DNA of 64,000 bases from Octopus vulgaris (GCA_951406725.2 OX597833.1:25172001-25236000), one strand, 5' to 3'; shown: positions 27,356 through 41,080, numbered from the stretch's first letter. The notes: generated from the sequence alone by a model not told the origin. Numbers and translations are program-made.

Positions 27356-28464
27356 CATAAGGAGTGTTTAAGTAGTAGTTTAAATAACAATAGTAAAAAA
27401 AATAATGATGATAACGATGATGGTTTTGATGATAGCTGACGATAATGACGGTGCTGGTGGAATGGCCACTGAACATTATAATAGAAATCTTGTGATTGTT
27501 TCTTTTCTTTTGATAGTGTATCGCCATCTAGGGAAGAATGGAGATACAAAAACCCCCAAAAAACAAGAAAGACAGGTGCATGGACACAGAAGGACACTTA
27601 CACAAGCCCGCACACTTACAGATTTATGCAGAGATAGATATAGATAGATAGATAGATAGATAGATAAATAGGCTGATAGAGATATACACATGCAGAAAAT
27701 AGAAAATGGTAAGTGAATATTTATGTGATAAAAGGAGAGACAGTAAGACTCACACTGATCAGAAATGCTTGCCGAGATTTCGCAATACTTCGCATTTCCC
27801 TGCGAAAAATCGATGGAAGTTTTCGGCATTTGGTAGACTGGGATTACATCGTATAAGGATATTTTTGTTCTTTCTTATTTTATTATTTTTCCAAACATCG
27901 GTGGATAAAAAAAATATACCGTTAGTCACTCTCACTGTCTATGTGTGTCTATATGTACGCGTGCATGTATGTATGTATGTATTTATGTATTTATGTATTT
28001 ATGTATGTATGTATGTATGTATATTTGCATGTATGTATGTATTTGTCTGTCTATCTGTATTTCTGTCGATCGATCAATCTCGCTATATATATACGCATGC
28101 ACTCACACATATACACACAGAGACACAGACAGACACAAACACAAAGATTTTCACACACACGTATGTATATATACATATGTACTTGTATATACAAACGTAC
28201 ACAATTGCGCAAAGACTCATATATATATATCTGCATTAATATATGCGCTTATATGTTTGTAATTATACATACAACTGAATACAAAACCCCCTGCAAACGT
28301 GTATATCTACTTACGCACATATATAAATGTAAACATGAACACTCACACACACATACATACATGCATATATTCATTCATACACACGTGCATGCATACGTGC
28401 ATACATACGTACGTACATATATACATGCATTCACATATAAATATATAGATAGATAGATAGATAG

Positions 28465-28495
<31 letters not shown>

Positions 28496-29378
28496 CATAC
28501 ATGCATGCATACATACATACGTACATATAAGCATACATAAACGTAACTGTTCAACCGAAACAAACAGGTACCACTTGTGCCTGTCTTTTCAATATTCCAC
28601 GATCTTCAGGATTTATCGATTGACGTTAGAACATCATCATTGGTTTGGTGCATATAGAGAGATTCATTTGAAGTTATATTGCGTGATAAAGCGTGAAATC
28701 TTTGAATTGCTTACTTACACCGTATTTTAGAGAAAAAGAGCGGAAAGGAAAAATAATAAAAGCAAGATGTATGTTGATACGTTTGGAAGTTATGAGAAGG
28801 TTGGTAGTAACTGGATTTGATCTACGTTTTCAGAGGAAATTGTGAGTTTCGTGTTTATTTTCTTTTGATTAATTCTTTTGGTTTTATTCTTTACTTGTAC
28901 ATGGCTACATCAATATGATTTTCACCTTTAAATAAACCAGCCTGCAGGAGACGACGTTTTGATTAAACGATGACTACGGCAACAAAACAGCAACTCGAAT
29001 CAGGGAGAGAAATTATACGCGTTTAGTCGATTTAGAAGAAAGAGTAGGCAACCCTCCCTCAAAATAAGCGCAGTCATTTTATCGAGTCCGGAAAAATTTA
29101 AAGTAAGGCAATAATAGTAGAATTTAAGCTCAGAGCAAAACTAAATACCATACGTGTTATTCAGGAATTCTCGAATCATATATTAGACACTTCAATACGG
29201 AAGGACAGATTCAATAATGTAGTTATTGTAAAACCCTCTGAAAGATGGAATACTCAGTGTTCAAATACTTTTGCATCGAAGATATATTAAACAAGTATAA
29301 CCAAAAGTGAAAGAATAAAAATAAAACAACGAAAATATCATCGATACTAACACCAACAAATTTTGGCAGCCGATTTAC

Positions 29379-29492
29379 TGTTGCTTCAGTGATCGTAAAA
29401 GCCTTTCCTTTGTGAAGACGGACGTCAAATATACCATGAGTGGTGCAATAGGATAAATGAAATTAGTGCCAATGTATAAGTCAGTATTATTC
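29379..29492 (-). CDS. candidate internal exon (xNNTDLYIGTNFIYPIAPLMVYLTSVFTKERLLRSLKQx)
   Basis: Strong acceptor catcttcttttactgtctAG, donor GTAAAT (alternative GTATAT donor with exon ending at 29435), 114 nt, phase 2-2, hydrophobic segment. Confidence 0.5.
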
Positions 29493-29529
29493 CTAGACAG
29501 TAAAAGAAGATGCAATAGATATACGTGCG

Positions 29530-29575
<46 letters not shown>

Positions 29576-30049
29576 AACACACACACACATACATACATAC
29601 ACAGACACGGGCTTGTGCACACAGGTATGTGTGTGTATCTGTATGGATGTGTGCGTTTGCATGCATATATGTGTGTCTAAATGTATATATATATGTATAT
29701 CCGCATATATATGAGTATATATATGTATTTATGTTGAGGCACGTGGCCTAGTGGTTAGAACAGCGGACTCGCATGCATTTATATAACAAACATGCATTTA
29801 TATATATGTATATATATATATTTATTAATCAATATAGGGTGGCAAAAAAAATTTTGTAGAATTTTTTTGCCACCAGCGGCCTAGTGGGAAAAAATTAAAT
29901 AGTCATATACCATTTATAAGTTCAACATCACAATCAAGGAACGGCCATAATAGGCCATTCACCCACTAGAAATACAGCCAAAGCTTTAACCGCAAAATAA
30001 CATTAATTCCGTAAACCAGGAGAAAATTAAAAAAACATTTACCCTGTAA

Positions 30050-30154
30050 TTTCTTATACGATGCACCGTTTCATCTACTGTTTAATGGTAAACTAACCTG
30101 ATTAAATTAAATCAAGCCAATCTTCCATAGGCCCTTAGATTCCTCAGTAAGAAA
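30050..30154 (-). ncRNA. type I hammerhead ribozyme (array 1)
   Basis: TTTCTTA CTGAGGA ATCTA [long insert] TAGAT GAAA CGGTGCATCG TA^ TAAGAAA. Confidence 0.85.
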
Positions 30155-30948
30155 TAGCCAGAACGGAACAGATATTTTCACGAGGCATTTCCGTCCCTGC
30201 CTCGGCAATATCTGACCTAAAATTTTCAAATCATCGCACTCGCGCCAAATTTATCGGCAGCAAATAAATATAATCCGCCGATTCCATTACGGAATCAACC
30301 AGAAAATTCATAATTAATCAATATAGGGTGGCAAAAAAAAATTTGTAGAATTTTTTTGCCACCAGCGGCCTAGTGGGAAAAAATTAAATAGTCATATACC
30401 ATTTATAAGTTCAACATCACAATCAAGGAACGGCCATAATCTGAGGAATCTAAGGGCCTATGGGCCTATGGAATCTAAGGGCCTATGGAAGATTGGCTTG
30501 ATTTAATTTAATCAGGTTAGTTTACCATTAAACAGTAGATGAAACGGTGCATCGTATAAGAAATTACAGGGTAAATGTTTTTTTAATTTTCTCCTGGTTT
30601 ACGGAATTAATGTTATTTTGCGGTTAAAGCTTTGGCTGTTATTTCTAGTGGGTGAATGGCCTATTATGGCCGTTCCTTGATTGTGATGTTGAACTTATAA
30701 ATGGTATATGACTATTTAATTTTTTCCCACTAGGCCGCTGGTGGCAAAAAAATTCTACAAAATTTTTTTTGCCACCCTATATTGATTAATTATGAATTTT
30801 CTGGTTGATTCCGTAATGGAATCGGCGGCTTATATTTATTTGCTGCCGATAAATTTGGCGCGAGTGCGATGATTTGAAAATTTTAGGTCAGATATTGCCG
30901 AGGCAGGGACGGAAATGCCTCGTGAAAATATCTGTTCCGTTCTGGCTA

Positions 30949-31053
30949 TTTCTTACTGAGGAATCTAAGGGCCTATGGAAGATTGGCTTGATTTAATTTA
31001 ATCAGGTTAGTTTACCATTAAACAGTAGATGAAACGGTGCATCGTATAAGAAA
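30949..31053 (+). ncRNA. type I hammerhead ribozyme (array 1)
   Basis: Same motif; stem I TTTCTTA/TAAGAAA, stem II ATCTA/TAGAT, predicted cleavage after 31046 (GUA). Confidence 0.85.
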
Positions 31054-31438
31054 TTACAGGGTAAATGTTTTTTTAATTTTCTCCTGGTTTACGGAATTAA
31101 TGTTATTTTGCGGTTAAAGCTTTGGCTGTAATTTCTAGTGGGTGAATGGCCTATTATGGCCGTTCCTTGATTGTGATGTTGAACTTATAAATGGTATATG
31201 ACCATATTAATTTTTTCCCACTAGGCCGCTGGTGGCAAAAAAATTCTACAAAATTTTTTTGCGACCCTATATTGATTAATTATGAATTTTCTGGTTGATT
31301 CCGTAATGGAATCGGCGGCTTATATTTATTTGCTGCCGATAAATTTGGCGCGAGTGCGATGATTTGAAAATTTTAGGTCAGATATTGCCGAGGCAGGGAC
31401 GGAAATGCCTCGTGAAAATATCTGTTCCGTTCTGGCTA

Positions 31439-31543
31439 TTTCTTACTGAGGAATCTAAGGGCCTATGGAAGATTGGCTTGATTTAATTTAATCAGGTTAG
31501 TTTACCATTAAACAGTAGATGAAACGGTGCATCGTATAAGAAA
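31439..31543 (+). ncRNA. type I hammerhead ribozyme (array 1)
   Basis: Same motif 490 nt downstream; predicted cleavage after 31536. Confidence 0.85.
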
Positions 31544-31663
31544 TTACAGGGTAAATGTTTTTTTAATTTTCTCCTGGTTTACGGAATTAATGTTATTTTG
31601 CGGTTAAAGCTTTGGCTGTTATTTCTAGTGGGTGAATGGCCTATTATGGACGTTCCTTGATTG

Positions 31664-31763
<100 letters not shown>

Positions 31764-32047
31764 ATTTCAACAATTGAGGGTAAAATTAATTAATTATTAA
31801 TCAATTTCACCAAGTATTCAGTATGTAAAGGGACTATTTTAGGCGAATTCAAAATATTACATTATATATAAGGGCTTAGTAAAATAAATTACTTTGCCAC
31901 ATACTGAACTCATTAGAAATAGCAGCTAAAGAAATTTCTTTAGCTATTTCTAATACTTAAAGAAAATCTCTCTCAGATAGTGCTTGCTCAAACCAACTCA
32001 CAAAGGTATGGGGGAAAAACATTAAAAAATCAAGTGCAAAGGTTATT

Positions 32048-32099
32048 TGAGAACGTACGTTTCTAGATTAGTCAAATCGACATTTCTTTCGTCAGCTCA
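32048..32099 (-). ncRNA. type I hammerhead ribozyme (array 2; further minus copies at about 32604-32655 and 33161-33212)
   Basis: TGAG CTGACGA AAGA..GTC GATTT GAC..TCTA GAAA CGTACG TT^ CTCA; palindromic stem III ACGTACGT; A-A mismatch at base of stem II. Confidence 0.7.
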
Positions 32100-33458
32100 G
32101 AACTCCTTGATTCGGATTTGGGAACACTGAAAGTGGGAGCATACCCTTTTGGCTTCTTATCACCTCTAGATTTCCGCTCGAACTAAAAGTGCTATCAAAT
32201 TCAAAATATGCAAGCGAAGAATTTCTGCTCTCCCCTTTCCACCAGCGTGGGTTAAAATTGACAAACACTATGTTTTATCGGTGAAAACCGACGCATTAAA
32301 CAGAGAGAAATGAATTATAATTTCAACAATTGAGGGTAAAATTAATTAATTATTAATCAATTTCACCAAGTATTCAGTATGTAAAGGGACCATTTTAGGC
32401 GAATTCAAAATATTACATTATATATAAGGGCTTAGTAAAATAAATTACTTTGCCACATACTGAACTCATTAGAAATAGCAGCTAAAGAAATTTCTTTAGC
32501 TATTTCTAATACTTAAAGAAAATCTCTCTCAGATAGTGCTTGCTCAAACCAACTCACAAAGGTATGGGGAAAAAACATTAAAAAATCAAGTGCAAAGGTT
32601 ATTTGAGAACGTACGTTTCTAGATTAGTCAAATTGACATTTCTTTCGTCAGCTCAGAACTCCTTGATTCGGATTTGGGAACACTGAAAGTGGGAGCATAC
32701 CCTTTTGGCTTCTTATCACCTCTAGATTTCCGCTCGAACTAAAAGTGCTATCAAATTCAAAATATGCAAGCGAAGAATTTCTGCTCTCCCCTTTCCACCA
32801 GCGTGGGTTAAAATTGACAAACACTATGTTTTATCGGTGAAAACCGACGCATTAAACAGAGAGAAATGAATTATAATTTCAACAATTGAGGGTAAAATTA
32901 ATTAATTATTAATCAATTTCACCAAGTATTCAGTATGTAAAGGGACCATTTTAGGCGAATTCAAAATATTACATTATATATAAGGGCTTAGTAAAATAAA
33001 TTACTTTGCCACATACTGAACTCATTAGAAATAGCAGCTAAAGAAATTTCTTTAGCTATTTCTAATACTTAAAGAAAATCTCTCTCAGATAGTGCTTGCT
33101 CAAACCAACTCACAAAGGTATGGGGGAAAAAACATTAAAAAATCAAGTGCAAAGGTTATTTGAGAACGTACGTTTCTAGATTAGTCAAATCGACATTTCT
33201 TTCGTCAGCTCAGAACTCCTTGATTCGGATTTGGGAACACTGAAAGTGGGAGCATACCCTTTTGGCTTCTTATCACCTCTAGATTTCCGCTCGAACTAAA
33301 AGTGCTATCAAATTCAAAATATGCAAGCGAAGAATTTCTGCTCTCCCCTTTCCACCAGCGTGGGTTAAAATTGACAAACACTATGTTTTATCGGTGAAAA
33401 CCGACGCATTAGGGTATGCTCCCACTTTCAGTGTTCCCAAATCCGAATCAAGGAGTTC

Positions 33459-33510
33459 TGAGCTGACGAAAGAAATGTCGATTTGACTAATCTAGAAACG
33501 TACGTTCTCA
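33459..33510 (+). ncRNA. type I hammerhead ribozyme (array 2; further plus copy at 34016-34067)
   Basis: Same motif on the inverted arm. Confidence 0.7.
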
Positions 33511-34243
33511 AATAACCTTTGCACTTGATTTTTTAATGTTTTTTCCCCCATACCTTTGTGAGTTGGTTTGAGCAAGCACTATCTGAGAGAGATTTTCTTT
33601 AAGTATTAGAAATAGCTAAAGAAATTTCTTTAGCTGCTATTTCTAATGAGTTCAGTATGTGGCAAAGTAATTTATTTTACTAAGCCCTTATATATAATGT
33701 AATATTTTGAATTCGCCTAAAATGGTCCCTTTACATACTGAATACTTGGTGAAATTGATTAATAATTAATTAATTTTACCCTCAATTGTTGAAATTATAA
33801 TTCATTTCTCTCTGTTTAATGCGTCGGTTTTCACCGATAAAACATAGTGTTTGTCAATTTTAACCCACGCTGGTGGAAAGGGGAGAGCAGAAATTCTTCG
33901 CTTGCATATTTTGAATTTGATAGCACTTTTAGTTCGAGCGGAAATCTAGAGGTGATAAGAAGCCAAAAGGGTATGCTCCCACTTTCAGTGTTCCCAAATC
34001 CGAATCAAGGAGTTCTGAGCTGACGAAAGAAATGTCAATTTGACTAATCTAGAAACGTACGTTCTCAAATAACCTTTGCACTTGATTTTTTAATGTTTTT
34101 TCCCCCATACCTTTGTGAGTTGGTTTGAGCAAGCACTATCTGAGAAGAGATTTTCTTTAAGTATTAGAAATAGCTAAAGAAATTTCTTTAGCTGCTATTT
34201 CTAATGAGTTCAGTATGTGGCAAAGTAATTTATTTTACTAAGC

Positions 34244-34308
<65 letters not shown>

Positions 34309-34448
34309 GGTCCCGGGTTGATTCGTGGTTAACCACAGTAAATAAGGTATTCAATACATAGCAGAGTAAAATTAATTTATTATATAGAAGGAGCTTCTAC
34401 AGGACTAGAACTGTTTCATTCGTGCAGTTATTCATATACATACATGCA

Positions 34449-34490
<42 letters not shown>

Positions 34491-34513
34491 GCATATATAT
34501 ATATATATATACG

Positions 34514-34563
<50 letters not shown>

Positions 34564-35530
34564 TGTATATACATGTGTGTCTTTGTATGTGTGTGTATGT
34601 TTGTGCGTGTGTGCGCATTATCGTGCGTGTAAGCACAGTGAACGGCGGAAATATTAACGACGACTTGCATATTCTTTGTCGGGTTCAGCAGATGTTAATG
34701 TTAGTACGCTAATCGCTATTGAGTTTAGTCTCTAAAATACAACTGCTTCTTTACTACCAATATATTTTCATAACATACGCAATTCTTGAGCACAACGGAT
34801 TCAATTTCGGCTGCTGTTTCGATATAGTTGTGTCTCTTCAGCCAGTGTCCGCTATAAATGTGTCAACGTTACTTTTGTTTGCAAGTGTAACGAAATGATT
34901 ATATGAACAATCAAGTGCATTTGATGCTAAAGAATGACAATGATTTATATAAGTTGATTATAAGTAAATAAGTGGATGGTATTAACGAATTAACGTTGTT
35001 GTTTTTATGATTATAAAAATTAATTATAAAAATGAGTGTATGTCGATTTTCATCCTCCAGTAAATGCAGTAATATGAAAGGCTCAATGTTAATCAAATAC
35101 CGATTACATGATGTTCGATGGGGAGCTAAAATGCGTCATTTGTATTCAAAATCCTGGAAATTGATATAAAATTCTCAAAAAGAAGGTCAAATTTATTCTC
35201 ACAAAAATAAATTGTAATACGCGTAGTAGTGATTAGAAAAAGTCAGTATACTCGGTGGAATAAAGAGAGAATTATTTGTGATGATTTGGGATAAAATTAA
35301 AATAATATAATAGTAATAACTACAAAGTGGCTGTATTACTATCAGAAATAGTTACACAGTATCAAATATAAATTATGGTTATGGAAAGTACTAACCTGAT
35401 GTAGAAAAATATATAGAGTTTATAAGGGCATAGTTAATTCAGGGTTTTATTTTTAAAGAAATGTAATGTAATATGAGCTGAAACGTCTAGATAACGATAA
35501 ACGTCGCTCTTTTCAAGCCTACCCAGATTT

Positions 35531-35700
35531 ACTCAAGAAACAGGAAGAGAGAGTGAGAGAAACTTGTGGCGAAAGAGTACAACAGGGGTAGCCACCGCCC
35601 CCTGCCGGAGCAAACACACACAACGCCCGGTCAGGGAATCTAAACCGCGATCATCCGATCGCGAGTCCCCTGCCCTAACCATTGGGCCATTGCACCTCCA
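35531..35700 (-). mobile_element. short tRNA-derived SINE (Arg-like head)
   Basis: Minus ggaggtgcaatggcccaatggttagggc..gactcgc..ggtttagattccc; similar head fragment at 29737-29772. Confidence 0.7.
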
Positions 35701-36757
35701 CGATACGTCTAGATAGCAAATCAAAATTGACGTTTGAATACAAATTGAAATAATGACGAAAATACTGTTACTGAATCACGTGACGGGAATAGTCTAGAGA
35801 AAAATTTAGGTTTCTGCTAGAAAGTGGAGCTAACATAAGAGTGTATATTTTTTGATAGTGGACTTTTTTCTAATTATTTGATTTAATAAAATACACATCG
35901 GCAATAAAGAATCTAACGTTCAAGGAAGAGAGGAGTGGGCATTGCTTACTAGTGGCAGAATAGGAGTACGTTTAAGTATTAGTGTGTATGTAGATTTGCG
36001 AATTTGTAAGGCTATAATGTGAGATGAGTGTTTAAAAAGTAAAAGCTAAAGTAGTAAATAAAAAAAATACATGTAAAATAAGGGAAAGAATGTATGCCTG
36101 TGATCTAGTAACTAATGATCAGAGGGGTTTATAGAGATCATTCTGAAGCCAAATGTCTTTTGACTATATAATTAAAAAAAGATGGCTGCGGTCGTAAAAA
36201 GATGGCATAGCAATCAAAACAATTATTTTCAAATTTACGTACTTATTTTATTTTAACCCATTGACACATTTCATCTACCACTGGGTAAACATCAACTTCA
36301 GATATATTTCATTTTTATTTTTGTTTTGCTATCACTATCACTAAAACAGAGTTGGTTATTTTACTATTTTTATCAACGTAGGTAAAATTAAGGTCACCTT
36401 TATTCTGCTACTTTTCTTGCTGTTAGTACGCTTATACTGAAATTTCATTTGTATTTGTTTTGCCTGGAATCTAATAATGTGATTGGTATAAATTTACGGA
36501 CATTGTGTATTTGATTAAATTCCAAAAATCTGACTGTGCTTGATTGCATTCTTATCTGAAGTAACCACGCAGAGCTGTTTCTGAAATATATTTAATTATT
36601 TAGTAATTCTGAAGAATAATATTTTCTAATGATATATATAAATGTAAACTCAACAAATTGAAGTTGGTGTTCGGTGTAGAAACAAACGTTGTTTGCTATT
36701 AAAAGTTGGTGCCTTCCGTCCTCGTGTTATATTATTCTTACATACATACATACATAC

Positions 36758-36821
<64 letters not shown>

Positions 36822-36849
36822 TAAGATTGTTCTTGATATTAATAATGAT

Positions 36850-37505
36850 GCGCACTCTTGACCTTTCTGTCCCCTCTCTTTCTCAGCCTTCATTCTTTAT
36901 GGTTTCCTTTTCTTCTACCTTACTGTCTCTCCCCTCTCTCTCTATCATTCTTCATTCTTTCTGGTTTCTTCACAACCATTCCCTTTTTTTCTCTCCCTTT
37001 CTCTTGCTCCTCCTCCTCCTCCCTCTCGTCGTTGACCCGCGCGAGAGCTCTGTTACTGTCTTTCTGACCTGGCTTCCTTGAAATGTTGACGGCATTTTCT
37101 GTTGCTCGTTCGCCGTTCTCAAAAATCGCGTTCGTAATACTTTATCTCGTTCGGCTTAGCAGCCCTTCTTGTCTTGTTATTCTCCTTGTCCTGTCTTTTA
37201 CTGTTTATATTTTGTACTGTCGCTACTGTCCTGTTTTTGTTACCATTTTACCCCTCCGCAAAAAGATCTCAAATTTTATTTAATTTGCTTTTCGCGGGAA
37301 GGAAAGTTTCTATCGAAGATGCGTATCGCCTTCACCTTCGAAACGCAGAGTAGATGAAACCATGGCGACTGAAGAAGGGGAATTTTTCTTGTGTTATTTG
37401 TCCTGTACTCTATTTTTTCTTTGTTTAAGAAAAATGTCCAGTTCTTTGGTTTTGTGTTTATGTTTTCGTTTCCTATTGTGTTCGACGTTTTTTTGGTGTC
37501 CTGTA
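36850..37505 (+). mobile_element. repeat family D
   Basis: Similar to 8400-8830; lies between (TA)n tracts. Confidence 0.6.
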
Positions 37506-37580
37506 CGCATATATGCATGTATATATACATGTAGAGGTAGGTACGTACATATATGTATGTATATATGCATATGTTTTATT

Positions 37581-37611
<31 letters not shown>

Positions 37612-37614
<3 letters not shown>

Positions 37615-37821
37615 CTAATATGAGTTGCTTATTAGCAATTTAACAACTTAAAGCCTAACTTATAGACGTCACTAAAGTGACAGAGGGTACAAAATGGTAC
37701 CAGCATCGCTTGAAATGAGAGAGAAAACGCTTCATTAGCTAATAAGTCGCTTTGACTCTTATTTCTAGCAATACTGCTAGCACTTTTTACCCTCTGTCTC
37801 TTTGCTAAAGTCTATAAGTTT
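37612..37821. repeat. fold-back element between (TA)n tracts
   Basis: aacttatagac..gacagagggta (37657-37689) inverted versus taccctctgtc..gtctataagtt (37788-37820). Confidence 0.6.
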
Positions 37822-37851
37822 ATATATATATATGTATATATATATATAAAA

Positions 37852-37956
<105 letters not shown>

Positions 37957-38118
37957 TATGAGAAAGTTGGTTTGTGAAAGCACGTGGTTGAATATATAGA
38001 AAATAGTAAAAAGTGAAAAAACTACAGAAGGCTTGTTTTAAAAGGTTAAAAAATATATATTTGAGTCAATATGTCTGAAGAATATTATAAATTTTTTTCT
38101 TACAATGACATAATTTAG

Positions 38119-38158
38119 AAGAAATGACCGGTTTCGCGTTCACCTTTTCAAATTTCTT
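38119..38158 (-). ncRNA. degenerate hammerhead in the Penelope 3' pLTR
   Basis: AAGAAAT TTGAAAA GGTGAACGC GAAA CCGG TC^ ATTTCTT: perfect 7-bp stem I, core CUGANGA mutated. Confidence 0.6.
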
Positions 38159-38214
38159 ACATCGTTATGTTTATGTTGAGAAGAGTTATCGTTATGTTTA
38201 TGTTGAGGAGAGTT

Positions 38215-39540
38215 CTAGATAAGGGGAGGTAATAAGTGATTTCTTCCGGTGTAAGGGAGATAATTGCTTAAAATTTTTTGTCTTTGGAGTGAATTTCTCT
38301 GTATAAGTATGTTGGAATGGTTAAGTCTGGGCTTGTACTTTTCAATGAAGAATGTTTCTTTGTTTAGTCTAATTTGTGTTGGTGTTCCGATAGCACATTG
38401 GTAAAATGGAAAGATTAAAAATTGTGGTAGTAGTTTCTTTGCGCATTTCTCAATGTGCTCACTAAAAGGTATCATTCTGTATTCTGGGAATGCAATCTGT
38501 TGTCGATGCAGTGTGCATCTACGTCTGAGTGATAATCCCGTGGATCCCACGTAGTCTTGGTGGCAGCCCGAGCATTTTATGACATAAATTATGTTTTCAG
38601 AGGCACAAGTAAAATTAGATTTGATCTTGAATTTCTGTCCCTCTTTGAAGAGGAATTCTGATCCTTCTAGCAGGTTTAGACATGTTGCACAGTTCGGTCT
38701 ACCACATTTTTTTACTTTTGCATCCGTAATTTCAGAAAACAATTTTGCCTTTGTGAGAATCTTTTTAAGTGATTTAGGTTGTTTGAAGCTTTTAATGATT
38801 TGGTGTATGTTTAAAATTTCCTTTAATTTGGGGTCCTTATGAAGTATTGGTAAATTCTGGGTGATGATGGTGAAGGCTTCTTTGTTTCTGAGGTTGTATA
38901 TGGATATGTAAGGTAGTATTTTCGCGGAAGGTGTGTTGTTGTGTTGAACTTTTCTTAAAGTTTGTATGTTGATTTCTGTTGCACGTCTGATCCCATCCTC
39001 TATGAGTTGAGCTGGGTAATGTCTGTCAATTAGGGTGTTTTTGAGTTCTTGCAGTCTAAAGTTCCTGGTATTTTGTTCTGACACTATTGTGCATATCCTT
39101 CTTGCAAGGTTGAAGGGGATGTTTGTTTTAGTGTGTCTTGAGTGGCATGAATTAAAAAGAAGGTATTGTTTGGCGTCTGTGGCTTTGTAAAAAATGTCTG
39201 TTTCTATTTTAAGGTTAATTTTTTTAATTAGTATATCCAAGAATGGGAGCTCCTTTTGGTTGTATTCAATTGTGAACTGTATATTTGGGTTTATGCTGTT
39301 CAATAGGTTTTTAAATTTTAGGAGTTTATCTGTGTTTTCATTCCAGAGTATAAAACAATCGTCCAGGAATCGTTTCCAATTCTCTTTTATGTATTGAGAG
39401 AGGGGGTTTCCAAAGATTGATAAAGATTCCTGGTAAATGATTATTTCCAGGTAGCCCATTGTTAGGTTCGCAATGACTGGTGCTGCCCTTGTACCCATAG
39501 CAATTCCGGATTTTTGACGGTAAAATGTATTATCAAACAT
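38215..39540 (-). pseudogene. Penelope RT C-terminal half plus GIY-YIG endonuclease (441 aa open segment)
   Basis: ORF track; N-terminal RT lies in 39695-40240 after frameshifts (ggtatact duplication near 39665). Confidence 0.93.
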
Positions 39541-41080
39541 GAAGTGGTTATTATGTAGGATGAATTCAATTGATTTAGTAATGAATTCTTTACTGATCCT
39601 TTTTGGTATTTCTTCCGGAAATTGGTCCAGCCAAAACTGTATTGCCTCTAGTCCATAATTATGAGGTATACTGGTATACTGGTATATAAGTTAACTACAT
39701 CAAATGAAACCATGATTGTTTCTTCCTTGGCTTTTTTGGAAGGTGGTTTAACATATCTAAGTCATCTCCAATATGGCTATCGATATGTTTAAGGAAGGGT
39801 TTCAGGAGGATGTCCATAAATAGACTTAGTCTGTGTGTTTCACAGGTTGGGCCAGCTACAATGGGTCGTAGTTTTAGGTCCCCCGGGTTAGGTGTGTGTA
39901 TGTATGTCTTTGGTGATTTTTTAATGGTTTCATTTATAATTTGGCTTTTATGAATTTTTGGCAGACCATAGAAAAGGCTAGGTTTGCATTTAAAGTTTGT
40001 TAGAAAGTCAATCTCTTTGGTTGTTAGTTCCTTTTCATGGGTTTTAATTAGTGAAGATAGAGTTTTCATTATTTTTTGTGGGGTGTAGTTGGCAATTTTT
40101 TCATAATGTTGGTTGTCATCAAGCAAGGAAATTACAAGATTTCTATAGTATGATGTATTCATTATTACAACTGCATTTCCCTTGTCTGCTTCCTTAATGG
40201 TTATATCTTCATCATTTTGAAGTTCTATCAGTTTTTCCATTGTGTAGTGTTAAAATTTGAGTTAACTTTCTGTTTATGTATAGTATGGTAGGGAAAGTTC
40301 TCAATGTGGTTACAGAATTCGTCAAGATCTTTATTTCTTCCTCTGTGGGGGAAGTGTTCACTTTTGTTCTTGACTAGTGATTCATCTTCAGTATTGAAAC
40401 TGGTTGATGCTTCTGCTAGTCTTAATTTTCTGAAAAAATTATATTATCCTTGATTTCATTTAGGTTGGCTCTGCGTGGAGTTGGTGTAAATTTGAGCCCT
40501 TTTGAGAGGATGCCAATTTTTATGTTAGAAAGAGGTTTGGTTGAAAGATTGATTATCTTCGGTTTTTCCTTATTACTAGGTTCCAGCCTGTGTCCTGGTG
40601 TCTCTGGTCCCTGGCTAAAAAATGTTGGGTGTAATTTTGTTTGTATGAGTTGTCTGTAAGGTTGTGTGATATTGGGTCGGGGGAATGGTGGTATTGTTGC
40701 TCCCGATTGTTGTGTGTGTGTGGGAATCTATGGTTGTTTTTGTTTGTGGTGTGTGTAAAATTTCTGTATGTGAAATATTTTTGTTTCGAACTGCTTGTAT
40801 GTGGGATGTTGCTTGACATAGTGTTTTTTTGCGTTTGTCTTGTGTTCAGTGGGGACCAGTAATTTTGGTTTATGCGGTAGTAGCGACTTGTGTGTGGTGT
40901 ATTTCTTATTCTCGTGTCGTTTTGTGCTGTATGGTGGTTGGGTCTGGTATTAGGATATTGTTGGTGTGTTCTGTTTTTGGTGTAATTTATTTCATAGACG
41001 CGTTGTCTGTCAGCTTGTTCCCTGTTAAGTCTTGCGTGGTTTGAAAATGTTGGTTGTGGGTGATTTCTGTTTCTAGTGTA

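Larger units (their letters stand above)
37960..41080 (-). mobile_element. Penelope-like retroelement (Neptune-type), nearly full length, frameshifted
   Basis: INLS..LSKGLKFTPTP, IKEADKGNAVV, FYGLPKIHK, RPIVAG, YRQKSGIAMGT, RFLDD, Cys-rich linker CGRPNCATC, GIY-YIG (IYVIKC..YVGSTG..R); both ends in (TA)n. Confidence 0.95.

Noticed and set aside
34305-34430. Partial hammerhead 3' half (minus GAAACAGTTCTAGTC)
   Set aside because: 5' core and stem II are missing; too truncated to call
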